Shown here in pieces: positions 14,807-27,074 of a stretch of 64,000 bases of DNA (positions are counted from its first letter, which is position 1; each line of letters starts with the position of its first letter). The position numbers and the translations under genes were made by a program. Below the pieces are notes generated by a model that worked only from the letters and a program-made list of their open reading frames with translations, was not told where the DNA came from and did not search any database. Source of the DNA: Leidyana gryllorum EB-2025a. Lineage: Eukaryota > Protista > Apicomplexa. Where the stretch lies: assembly GCA_048772705.1 (NCBI GenBank), contig JBLWGC010000036.1, positions 62,001-126,000 of the forward strand, in the 5' to 3' direction.

Positions 14807-17800
14807 ATGCGCTCAGATGCCCCTGAATTTGTTCCAAACGTTGCGTACCAACGACCACCAGTAAGAGGATAGTATCTGTAGTTATCATTCCCAGTAGCTG
14901 GTGCCCTCAAGTGCTACATCTGGGCTAAACCCTGACGCCACGCCTTTCATACCCCAGTCCGCTGCCTCTGGCTTTCACCGCTTTCGTAAGGCTAAATCGC
15001 TTCATGGACGTGCAAGTTGACGTATGCTGCGCTATAGATTATGCGGGCCCGCCGATTGAGCCATCGCTGCCGTCGCTGCCATCATCCGCGTCTCATCGCC
15101 CTGTCTTTGTGTGCGCGTCGCAATGGGCACCTGTGCGGACACCGCCCAGCTACATCCCTCCGCAAGTATCAGCCGCGCCATCAATCAGTTCGGCGGACCC
15201 GCCTCCCCCTACGACAGTTTCATTCGCTCATCCACGAAGACCCGCGCCTCCTCGTCGATCGCGTTTGCTCCTCGCCCGGAAAGACGACAGTGAGCTGTTA
15301 GGCCGGGAATGGCGGTCGCCGCGGCTTCGGTCGCGTTCCCCGACTCCGGACCGCCCGCTGCTCGCCTCAGAAGACCGTCAGGCGTCTTTGGAGCGGCCCA
15401 GGGCTGCTTTGACCGTTGCGACCGGAGGGGACGACTCGAACAATTATTACATGGAGGAAGAAGTGGAGGGAGTAAAGTATGAGCCGTTGGATAGCGACCG
15501 CGACGATAGACGTGACGCTCGGCCGCCGCGACGCGTGCGGAGGAACTCAGTGCGTCGTCCTCGTCGTCTGCATCGTACTACGAAAGCGCCGAACAATAAT
15601 AGTCGTCCTGCGGCACCGGCCAAAGCCGCTACCCCGCCCGTGTCTCCTACTCCGGCCCCGGCGCCCCCTCCGCCTCTGGAGGAGCCCGCGCTTGACTCTA
15701 AAGCGCTCCCGTCCGACACCCAACCCGTCTCTGTCTGGAAAGACTTCCGCGCGCGTGTCCTCAATGCCGCAGCTCCTCAGGTTGAATTCGCGCCCGATTC
15801 GCAGCGTCCCCTCCCGCGGCCTTATCATCCAATTAGCAAACGCCGGAATGAGTGGCGCCATGTGAACAACAATAATCACACCAACAATGACCGTCCCATT
15901 GTCGATAACAAAGAGCTGTCCCGAGAGAAGACCCCTCCCATCGTTATTCCCGATCCTCCCAGTCATCCACCCCGAGACACTCCATCAACACCCCCGCGTG
16001 AAAGACCGCAGCCGCCTCGGGATCTTCAACGCGCCGAGAGAGGCCCGTCGATCAGAGACGTTGTGCGAGACTCCCTTGTTGCCGATCCCCCTCGTCATTC
16101 GCGGCGCCCTGAGGCGGCGCCTCGTCCCGTTCTCACCCGCCCGAGTTCACCACCGGAAATATCCCAGATGGCCAGTCCTGTTTCGCAACCCGTTGTTGCC
16201 TCGCGGCCGCCGTCACCGGTCCCTGCCACCGTACCTGCAGTACCGGTTGTGCCTCCTGCTCTACCGAGTACGAGTACTGAGAGTGCCCCAGTGGTAGTTA
16301 CAGCCCCAGCAGCCCCTACGCGAAAATCGCGGTTTGGGGGTCTGGCTGGATTGCTTCGAGCGACGACAACTGAGACTCCTCTCAGCACGCCTTTTGAGCT
16401 CCATCCCAAGCGCACTGCCAGGCAACCAACGACGAGTCCACCTGTGGTGGAACCGCCCCCTCCCGATTGCGCCCCGCCCCCTCCTCCGGAACCATCCAGC
16501 GAGCAACTCTTGATCCCGGAGGAGAACGATCAACCCCACGCGGCTGAGGAAAAGCCCATGTCGCCCTGCGTTACCGTCGATCAACCGGCTCAGCCTCCCG
16601 CTCAGCGAACCGGCACTTCTCTGGCCCCTCAATCCGAGGCCATTGAGGAGGAGGAGCCGCCGCTGAGCGACACCGCGGCGCCTGAACACGAGTTGCACGA
16701 GGAAGAGGAGACAGGTGGAGAGCAGGATATCAGTGAAGACCTGCAGGTGGCCCACGAGGAACGTTCGGCAACTCCGGTTCTCGCCAGCGTTGACAGAGCC
16801 GATCAGACTTCAACAATGCCGAGACAGCCTTCAGAGACCGGCGAGGTACCCTCCTCAGAGCCACCCCACCAAGCACAGGTAGATGAGGCGGGCCCCATCA
16901 AGGCGGTCGAGCCCGCCGCTCTCGCAGAGACGGCTACACCACAAGTCGAGTTGCCCTCTGCAGCAAATATCGACAAGGAGGAACTTCCGGTCGAGAAGCC
17001 CCAAGAGGTCGAGAAGGAGTCGACTTCAGACGTCAAAGAACCGGTGGCTGCTGAAAAGACAAAGGAAGAGGATGTTACTGTGGCAAAGAAACCTGGTCTA
17101 CCAGCCTTCAACGTTTCACTCGGAATGTTCGGTAGTCGGAAGGTCCTAAGCACCACACCCGCCATTCTTGCCGCTCTGGACGAATCTGAAGCCCTCACCT
17201 CTCCTCGCCCAGAGACACCACCAAGTTTCACTGCTCTTCCGTCTCGCCCGAGTCCCCTCCCGTCGGAACCTGCCACCGCCTCCTCAGCACCTGTGCCTCC
17301 CACCGCAACGGTGGCCCAGGATGGCAAGTGGCCCTCACCCTTGCGGTCTCTGGAGACCGGCCGCATTCGGTGGCCGATAGAGTCCTTGCTGATGGTCAGA
17401 AACTACCCCAGCTGTCTCGTTAGACCGGAAGCTCCCCTCCTCGCTGACATCCTCCTTCCCCCCGGTGGCGCACGCCGAACTGTACAGTATCTCTCCAGCT
17501 TCTCTGGTCGTACCTCAATGACCTCTCGAAAAGTTGTGCCTTACGGCGACATCTTCTGGGATCCACGCAAAGCCACTGCTGAGCTCACCAGTGTCCTCAA
17601 GAATGTCAAACGTCCGGCCGGAGTCGATGCTGGAGCTCTCAACAGGTCTGGCAAGATCGGCGGCGGGCGCGACGATAATACTGCTACTTGGAGAACCGCA
17701 CCCAGACCAGTGCCTCTGGAACAGCCTGATGACTCTTGGTTCGTTCAACAGAAACGTGAGAAGGAAGCTGGCGATGAGCTCAAACTGTCAGTCCGGAGAC

Positions 17801-19149
17801 TAAGGGGCATGTTGAATCGCATGACAGAAGAGAGCTTCGAAGGTCTCTATGCTAAGATGCTGGAGATGATTACGACTCCCGAAGAAGTCCAAGAGCTCAT
17901 ATCGCTTGTCTTCGAGAAGGCAACTACACAGCACACTTATGTCAAGGTAAGTCGTCCTCATCCACTACTCAACTGGTTGAATTTGACAATGCTCAATGCT
18001 CTCCCGTGGAATACTGCATCGCCTATGCCTAAGTGTCGTGCGTGCTCTTGCGCTTGTTCTTGCCTGGCAGGCCTGTGCGTGTGCAACTGGAACTGTGCAC
18101 TGGACAAGAAACATATTTCCACCGTGCACGGGTCCGAGTGCGCAGCGCAGCCCTTGTCCACCTGTCGTCAGCGCAATGCGTTGCACTGTGCTACCGAGCG
18201 CACAAAATATGCTGGATATCGAGCGGATGTGTGTGCGAGCGCCATGAGCTGGTACTGAGCATTTGGAATCCTTTGTCCTTGACAGATGTATGCAAACTTG
18301 ACATGTCGGTTGGACACTGATCTGTCGAAACGCGGCATGTTTGGTCCTCCACAAGCTAAACCCCCCCAACGCGAGGGTGAAGAAGGGGACGGTCAACACT
18401 CTGGTGGGGCCGTTCCTTCTGCAAAGCAGGGGCAAGAGAGCGAGGGAACAGAGAAAAAGGAGGGAGTGGAGAGTGCTCCTGCCGTTCCCCAAGCCAATGT
18501 TGCCCAGAACTTCCGTCACATTATTCTGGCTGTGTGCCAGAGGACTCATACTGCGAATCTGACTTCCACATTTGTTCCTCCTGAGAATTGCTCGGGTGAG
18601 TTTCTCTCCTCCGATAGAGCGGAACGCGTGATATGTTGGCGGATTGCAGATGAAGATCGTTTTGAGGCGCTCCTTAAATATAAATTGCGAATGAAAGGCA
18701 ATCTGAAGTTGGTCGGGGAGTTACTGATGCGTGCAATGATGGCCCCAAAAGTGGGGTTCTCCATCATGGAGGATTTGTTGGCGAGTCGAGACGAGAACCA
18801 GTTGGAAGCGTTAGCGTCGTTCATGGCAACAGTGGGGCATTTCTACGAGGTGAGAATTGTAGAAGAGCTGCCGATGTCTATGTGCTGCTGTTCTTCACTT
18901 AGAATAATAAGTTGTTAAAGGCCCGGACGACACAGACGTATCACGGGTACGTAGCTCGTGTGGCGGAGCTGGCAGAATCCGAAGACATCCCTGTGCGGAT
19001 TCGATGTTTGTTAAAGGTGAGGGTGAATTGAGTGTTTGGGGTTGTGACAATATTTCTCATATTGATAGGATGTTCTGGAAGCTCGAAACCTGAACACTGA
19101 TATGCCAGAGCCAATGCATGACAGAAGAGGTGGCGGTAGTCGCGATTAA
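14807..19149 (+). CDS. eIF4G: eIF4G-like translation initiation factor (PAM2 motifs, 4E-binding-like motif, MIF4G domain)
   Basis: MIF4G: RRLRGMLNRMT, LVFEKAT, MYANL, FRHIILAVCQ, MKGNLKLVGEL, RIRCLLKDVLEAR. Long Pro/Glu-rich N-terminus. Two small 5' exons reconstructed. Confidence 0.85.
17947..18285 (+). ncRNA. Long structured intron; candidate intronic ncRNA
   Basis: GTAAGT...GACAG intron, 339 nt, whose removal restores the MIF4G frame; contains several complementary segments. Confidence 0.4.
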
Positions 19150-19197
19150 ACGCAGAGTAGTATTAAACTCTTTTTGCCTCTCCCAATAATATGAGAG

Positions 19198-22069
19198 ATG
19201 TTCCTTCTCTCCATCTTGATACTCGTGGTTGCCTTGCAAGCGGCTGTTCTTGACTTCTTCTTGCTCAGTGAGTATTTTGTGAATGGCAAAGTCATTGTTG
19301 CGGGTGCAGGTTATGTGCACCGCTATTGTTGGCTGTTGGTGGGGGCGGACTGTCTCCTGTTGCTGCACATGGTGGGGCACTTCCAGAGCAAGAATGCGGG
19401 TGAGACACCTATATACGCCACGAAGGTTCTACAATTCGCAGCATAGCTTCAAAATGCGCGCTGCAATGGATGTTCTATGCCAACCTAATGGCCATAAAGC
19501 TCGGACTTTACTACTTTCAAGTATTCACTCAACGAAATGACAACCTATCATCCAGTGATATATCCGAGATTATCGCCCTCTCCGATTCCTATGGCTTCTA
19601 CATTATTGTGTATCTTACACCCGTAAGCCACAATTGCTCAAGTGAGAAAACCGCCCTCCCTCAACCACAACAGATCGCCTACATTTTCTGGATTGCGCGA
19701 TGTGGCCAGCACCTTCTCGGCAGCATGAGCAACTCTGTGACGCTGGAGTCACTTTTATTCGTCGACTCCGCTCTCCACGTACTTTTCGATCTGATGGATG
19801 TTACGGTGAGACTGGGGGGGGGACGTTTGCTTATGTGTGAGACGACTCATATCGACAATCACAGGTCGCCTTCCAATTGAGCTCCTCCTATATGGAAATC
19901 CTGCGTCAAAATCACTGGGTGTATAAATGGAACGGAGTCCTCATGATTCTGGGCACTGTCTTCCACTCTTTCTCCATGCCGACATGGTCGAGCCGCACCA
20001 CAGAGGAAGACCACAAAACGGCTGAACTCTCTCCCACCGTCGCCCATATGCATGAGAACGACATTTACCTGACGAGGTGAGATTCCGGAAAGTCATCGGG
20101 GCCCTTCTCGACATTGCAAACCGCTTCAGGAAACATGTGGCCCTCGTGTCAATGTTTCTCCTCGATGTTCCACTTCTTACCATAAGAATGTTGATCTACG
20201 CTCGCTGGGTCGAACCCATAGGAGCCTTTGGCTTCAACTTCTTCGCCGTCAAAAACATCATTGACTTACCTCTGTCAACTTACCGGTGAGAGCTCAAGAC
20301 CACGAGTGATGCCACTCAGACACCTTCTCCACTTCGGATTCTGTTAGACTAAACCAGTGTCGTATGGCCGAGAAGGAAATGAGTAGAAGCGCAGGCAAAC
20401 GGGGCAAAGGCGGTGCTTCATCGGCTCCTCCGGCCATTCGAATGCTCAGTGATGTTTCAGTAGATGGTGGGAAGCTTTGACCATTCACTCCTCACAGCTT
20501 CTTCTAGGGACCCTTAGCTTACGGTCACCGCAGGCTGCCAACCCTGAGGAGTCGCAAGGGCGAAAGGACGCGTTGATCCGAGAGTATTTGGATCACCGCA
20601 AAGTCATGGAGGCCTTCACAGGTAATGGTGGCGTGGAGACCCTGACACCCTTTTGTCTCCAGACTCTCAGACAGGAACCACGGGTTTCATGGCTCAGGCG
20701 TCAAACGTTCTACCCGTGAAGGGCTTTACCATCGCCAAAGTCTTCACCAAGCTCTTCCATTGTCTAAGTACCGGTGGCAGACATAGTCTGGCTGAACGCT
20801 TGGATACCGGACTGAGCCTTCCTTACTGGAAGACGGTGAGTTTGTGGTGCGATGACACTCATGTCAACCCGAGCAGGCAGGATTGGCTGTCGCTATGGTC
20901 GTTTACTGGACAAGTCGGCTGGTAATGGTTGGGATGTACGCACGGCCCACTGCTGGCTATCGCGTCGACTGGCGACTGACAACCAGCGAGAACCTCCCTG
21001 CGATCATCATTTCCAGTACTTCCAGTGGGATGATCCTCTTGTCTTATTTGGGCAGCACCCCACTTCTGGACCTGATGTTTGCGGTGGTGTTGTGGTTTGT
21101 GCGATCCTTGAGCTTCTTCGGAACTCTTTGGGTGTTCAGAGACACCCATCTCCTGGATCTCACCACATCTTTTGCCTTTGCTGGGATCGAATTGCCGCCA
21201 TCGGTGCCCTGGGAGGAAGTTGCTATGTGGTGCTTTGGTTTACCCGCGGTGTTCAGTCTCCTTTCGGTAAGCACCGGAGGGGATTAGTCGCCCAATCCCA
21301 TTCAAATCGCCTTCAGAGCCTTTTCTATGTTCAATCGGCCTTCCTCAATCGGCGATTTTCGTACTTCATGATGCAGCCACGCAATCGGACGGCACGCCGG
21401 CTCGCCGGCCAAGCTCACGAACGGGACTCTGGTCCCTTGGCAGATGAGCTTGGATGGATCTCGACAGGATCGATACTCACGTACTTAAATTGCAAGTACC
21501 ATATGGCTCCTCTCGCTTTGAACGAGCTGCTGGTGGGCCCGGATATGGTGAAAGCCGTACGCCTGTCTGATGTCATGCTCTATCGCGACTGGCTACATTT
21601 TGCGTTCCTACTCATCACGAAGGCCTTCACCTTCATCCTCGTTCAAGATCGGATGCTGCTACTCATTTTTGTCACACATCTCGTGCTAGAGCTCATATAT
21701 ATGCTATTCGCACAAACCGTGAGTCGCCGAAAATGGGGTGCCCCTAAGCTCTTTCAGGTGCGGTTGTTGGCATTACGAAGATTCGAGTCAAAAGCGGTTT
21801 ATACCGACCTGGTGAAGGTCTGGCAAGGGGGCAATGAAGACCCTGCAATGGACTTCAGCAGCGATGACTCATCTGAATCGTCAGCAGCCAAGTCCACAGC
21901 CAGTGCTCTCAGTTTCGAGGCTCAGCAGCTTGCCACCCGGCTGGCGGAGGCAAGAAAGCGGAAGATACCCGCTCATCGTCTGGCGGACCTGTCCCTGGTT
22001 CTTGAGAAGTACCGGCGGCAGGCCTTTTTGACATCCCCAGGCGAGACAATTCTGCCTTTGCGGCCATGA
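19198..22069 (+). CDS. Multi-pass membrane protein, CECR6/TMEM121-like, multi-exon
   Basis: Many hydrophobic segments; VLFDLMDV and LDVPLLTIRMLIY...FFAVKNI resemble TMEM121/TMEM26 motifs. Confidence 0.5.
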
Positions 22070-22187
22070 TGGGTGCGTCGTGTGTGTATTTAGGCCAGCA
22101 CACGGTTTTTGATGTCACTCGGCTGGAAGCCTTGAAGCGTTTGTATGTCCCAAAGAGTCGAACTTGAATTTTTTGGGCGTGTAGGAA

Positions 22188-23009
22188 ATGGCCGCAGCTC
22201 CGGTTCTAACAGCCAGCTTCGAAGATTCACTTCGGCCACCGAATAAACGGTTACGGAGGGCAAATGATGACGGAGGCGGTGGCCGCACTTCGACAATGGG
22301 GGAAGACGAATCACCCCTAGAATCCACCAGCGTGTGCCCTATATCCTTTCGGACGAATTTGGAAACCTTGAGAAATGTATATCCGACTGTAAGTGAAGGT
22401 CTGCTGTCGAGTCTGTTAGAGTCGTCCGGAAATCACCTGGAGCCGACGGCTATGGTTTTGGATCGGATCGTATCGGCGTCAGCGAGTTCTCGGTCTACCG
22501 GAGGCAGAATGATCAAAAGGAGACGACCGTCTATGGAAACCTCCGAAGCTGTGATGGCGCCGGCCGCTTTGGAACCCCCGGACATGATCAGCACTTGGGT
22601 TACCGCGGTGATAAGGCGACTGCAGGGAGTCTCGACTCAGGAAGAAGCGTTTGCGATTATTCGGCCTGCCGTTGACGAGCTCTTCGCGAAAAGAAAGGCG
22701 ACACAACCAATTCTACCGACGTCGTTACAGAAGTTAATGTCCAAGGCCATCGTACAACAGGCAGAGAAGATTTCTGCACTGAAGGAGGTTGCGGACAATC
22801 GAGAGGCTCAGGTGGACCGGCTGCAGCAACGTGTTCTTGAGCTGGAGCAACGGTGTCGGGGTCTCGAAAGTGCGAACCAGAAACTGAAGGAAGCGAATGG
22901 GGCTTTATCTTATTATATCAGAGCAGCACTTGCATCTAATCAACACTGTGCGACATTCTTTTCGGAGGGCGGTGGGCCTGGGGGTGGTTCCATTCCCGAT
23001 GTCTACTGA
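22188..23009 (+). CDS. CUE-domain plus coiled-coil protein
   Basis: LRNVYPTVSEGLLSSLLESSGNHLE (CUE-like), coiled coil, C-terminal PDVY. Confidence 0.65.
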   Translation: MAAAPVLTASFEDSLRPPNKRLRRANDDGGGGRTSTMGEDESPLESTSVCPISFRTNLETLRNVYPTVSEGLLSSLLESSGNHLEPTAMVLDRIVSASASSRSTGGRMIKRRRPSMETSEAVMAPAALEPPDMISTWVTAVIRRLQGVSTQEEAFAIIRPAVDELFAKRKATQPILPTSLQKLMSKAIVQQAEKISALKEVADNREAQVDRLQQRVLELEQRCRGLESANQKLKEANGALSYYIRAALASNQHCATFFSEGGGPGGGSIPDVY

Positions 23010-23076
23010 GCTAGACCGAAATCAACCAAGCATATATATATACGTATTTCTTTCCAAAGAGAAACTGAAGAACTTA

Positions 23077-26000
23077 TTATCTGTCCTCATTGGAGTGAGG
23101 GCTGGGCGGAGTGAAGTAAGCAGGACTGCGTTGAGGTGGGCTTCTTTCACAGCCGGGCCCGCCTACTCCCGTGGGAGAAGCATTTGCAGATCCAGTCCAC
23201 AGTGAGGAGGGGGTGATGGCGTGAGGAATCTCCGGGGCCGTTGTGGTTGTGATCGGCCAGGCTTGTTGGCGTGCGTGGGTGAAAGGGATGCCATGCGGCA
23301 TGTTGAGAATGGTGCCCGCATTGAGGACCATCAGTTCTTCATCTGATTCTGCGTCATCGTCTTCGGCATCCGAAGCTGCATTTTGGCGAGCTCGTTGTCG
23401 CCAGGGATAGCGTCGCGCGAGCTTTTCCTCGATGATCGGATTGAAGTCATAATATGAATCCTTCAATCGTCGGGTATTTTTCTCTGCGAGGGCCATCGCC
23501 ACATCGAGAGTTGGAGACCCGCCCGCACGTTGCTGAAGATTGGGTGCCGGATAGGATACATCGAGGTCTGATGGAAGTTTTGGTACTTCGGAACATAGCG
23601 TTTCCGTTAAGCGGCGCAGCAGGTGCCTCGTTGATCCGTTGCTGTCCAGGCGAAATGCGGCTTTCGATAAGCGGACTCCAACAGTGGCGGTGAAGCAGCC
23701 AGCAATACGTTTTGATGAGGTTCGGAGCGGCGTCTCCGCAGATACTTGGGAGAAGGAATGTCTGGAAGGAGTCTTCTGCGTGCCCCCGCTCACGAAGCGC
23801 GAAAGGTAGCCATACAATTCTTCATCTCGTGGTAGATAGTTTCCGATACACAGAATCCCCTATGTATAGACATCTCGTGATTGAACTTTTGATCAGCAAA
23901 TCTTACAGTTTCGGTGGGTCTGACCTCGCACGACTCACAGATCTGTTTCAACGCCCACTCTGTAAGCAGTTTAACCAGACGGTCATCGACGATCGATAGA
24001 ACTCACCGACTGCTTGACACTTTGTTACGCGGCACGCTCGCACTTCGACTGAGCTTTTACCAATACACAGTTCCAGATTGGGGTTATTGAGAAGGGGACC
24101 AGCATACAGATGGAATAGCAGGTCACGCGCCTGGTTGCTGGCGAATTCCTTGTCAGCATTTCCATAGTGCCAACTGATGCTGAGTTCTGTCCTACGCATA
24201 TTACTTCCTGGCGTTCGTTTAGCAAAGTACTCGACCAGTTCCTGGACTTTCTGCAGACAATCAGATAGTGCTATGGCCGCGTTGGCAGTCTCAGTTGCAA
24301 CCGATCGAGAACTTGATTCGTGCGACAGTGTGGGGGCAAACTCATTCAGTAGGGCCCCGCCTGACGGCTCACTGTTCAGTATGAGGGGTGCAAACTCAGT
24401 GGCTCCCGGAGGCCGCACGTAGTGTCCATTCTCAGCAAATACCCATACATTGGAACAGTCCTGCGTGACTGCTTGCACGACCGCCACAGAGCTACTGGAC
24501 ACGATGATCACCGAGGAGCGGCCGCCAGGTTGCGACAGAGAATTGATATCCCCTTCAGTGGTCCGGGGGATCATCAGGGCCAGCGGCGTTGGAGACGCAG
24601 GGGGAAAAGGAGAAGCTATGTTGAAAGCTGGCGAGGAAGTCTCACCGCCCTCAGCAGCATTGTCGCCGACAGGAGTCTTCTCAATGCTAAAGTTCTCGTC
24701 TCCTTCCTCCCACTCATTATTGAACACCTGATCAGAGTCCCTCGGATGGAAAGATTCCTGATCTAACAGTGCCGGTGGGGTCTTCAAGAGGCTTTCACGC
24801 AACCCGGAGATGATCACCACATGTCGACACCGTCCGAGCTCCTCCACGCACTCAGGTATAGGGAGCGGGGGCGGTATTCGGAGGCGATCTTCATCTGTGT
24901 CCACCAGGTTGTCCTCCAAATCACAGAGTATTTGTCTTGCCCATGCTTTAGAGTCAAGCTTTGATATTACTTGGTACGCCAAATCATGGCGTGCTTCTCG
25001 TTCCTATCGATTGCCACATGTGACAATGGATCTTGGATGCGTTTGACCCACCTCTTGTGACATTGTTAGAGCATCCTGGATTGCCGCAGCCACTGATACT
25101 GTGTCCCAAGGATTCACTGGCAGCACAGATGCTCCGAGTAATTGACAAGATCCACTGAATTCGGATAAGATTATGGCACCTTTATTGGTGTGGCGCTGAC
25201 ACAACACGAACTGATTCACAGCAATACAAGTTGCTTCGCGTAGAGCTGTGATCAGAACTACGTCTGCGATAGAGTACACCGGTGCCAGTTCTTCTACGGC
25301 GAAGTCGCCTAAAAGAAAATGGATCGGGACGTCTTCGACAGTTCCGAAGAAAGCATTGACTGTCCCTGTGACCTACGAAACCATTCGGCAGGCTTGTCTT
25401 CTTGCCACACGGAGTGTGTGCACTCACTTGGAAAGCTTGCGCCAAGATATCTTTGCGATCGATTTGCGACAGACGGAAAGAAGTGGAGGCATTATCGCTG
25501 TCCACCAACGAGTTTTTCTGTAGAAAGTGTCAGTGACCAGGAATACAGGATTTTTGCCCAGACAACATACCCCGACGAAGCAGAGTTGCAAGAAGACCAG
25601 TTTGTTGGCCCACTCGGGATTCTCTGACAAGAACTTCCGAATGGCCATCAGTTTCTGGGGAATGCCTTTAGTGTAATCCAGGGCGTCCACGCCAAGAATC
25701 ACTTTCTTGCCTTCGAATCGCGACTTCAACTTACTTAAATCAGTAGTGGTAGCCGCAGCTTCCCATACGTTAATGTTGATACCTTGAGGCGTTACACAAA
25801 CTCGCGTTCCAGACCCGCCTGACGCAACGCAAGGCTCGACGTACGTTTCGCTGCATTCTGCACCAAGCACTCGTGTAACCGCAGTGAGAAAATGGCCACG
25901 ATATTGATGTGAATGGAATCCAACGATATCTGCATGAAGAATGCCAGTCAAGAGCTCTTGACGTTGGGGCAAGATACGATACATCTCCGAGCTAGGAAAT

Positions 26001-27053
26001 ACGGTTTGTAAATAGAAGTACACAGGCGCGTGCTCCATGCTCGAACACTATGTTGCGTTGTGAGAGCATTCCATTACTTTGGCTGAGGTGTCTCACCGAT
26101 CTCAGCTCTTGCGGGAGCAGCATTAGGTGATAGTTGAAGACAATGATGTAATCGCCAGGTTGAAATCGAGATGCAATGGTACCGCAGAACTCTTTGTTGG
26201 CCTCGATATAAGCTACAGAGTGATATCTGTATTGAAAGTGGTTAGTCTTCCAGCTCACCAGGCCAATCCAAGTGACTGAAACCCGTTCCAATAGGAGGAG
26301 TTCGATAGTGGAAGAGAGGATACAGGAGTTCTTCGGAGTATCGCTCTTTTCTGGCATAGTCGGTGAGGTAGACGGGGACCATTTTCTGAGTAGCGAGAAA
26401 GTTGGTGAGGCGGACCCTCAATCTGTCTTGAGCGGCGGTGTCAGAAGTGATGCGGCCGATCTGCGACGCAATCTGGGTTCGATTCGATCTCGCTTACGTC
26501 CACTCCCGGATCTCCAACAATCAGCACGCGATCGCTGGGGAACTCGGGCGCGAATAGATCGCTGAAGGCGATGGCGCTGTCGTTACGAACTATTCGCCAC
26601 AGACCAGTGACTGTCTCCACTGGGCCTTCAACCTCACGCGCAGCCTCCATGGTCTCGAAAGTGCTGTCAGTATTTGTCAGGCGGGTGCTGTATCTGATGG
26701 CCCCAGGTAAGCGTCGGAAGACGAGAATGAGTCTCCGTGGGAGTTCAGACGCTGCATCATCTGAGAATAGTGATAAGTTGTTACTCGTCACGGGGCGCCG
26801 ACTTACAGCCACTTACAGCCTTGCCCAACAGACGCGCGGCTTCATTGTCGACGCTGCGGCTGAGCTTGAGTCTGAGCTTTTCTATCTCATCTTGCAGCAA
26901 GCGCTTGGTCTGTTGGCCGGACTCCTGGTTCGACTGGTCCCAGTTGGCTCTGATGGCACCGTGATGTCCGAGAACGGTTAGACGAGGTGGTTGGTCTGGG
27001 ACGGCTGGGGCAGAAGGAGGTCCCGCTCTTCGAGATCGCATTGTTCTTGACAT
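23077..27053 (-). CDS. TPS: Trehalose-6-phosphate synthase/phosphatase fusion (GT20 + HAD), catalytically degenerate, multi-exon
   Basis: RLILVFRRLP, YHLMLLP, FPSSE, ADIVGFH, LGVDALDYTKGIPQK, ILSEFSG, VNPWD, WVFAENG, WHYGNAD, SVEVR, spliced ILCIGNYLPRDEELY, FTATVG. Confidence 0.88.
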
Positions 27054-27074
27054 GTTCCTTTAGATTTTGGTAGT

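Noticed and set aside
17947-18258. Cys-rich C-terminal tail of the 1084-aa ORF as a metal-binding domain
   Set aside because: It is intron read-through; the Cys residues derive from TG/GC-rich RNA stems, and MIF4G resumes at 18286
23077-23817. Separate hypothetical gene
   Set aside because: It is the last exon of the TPS/TPP fusion (ILCIGNYLPRDEELY, FTATVG)
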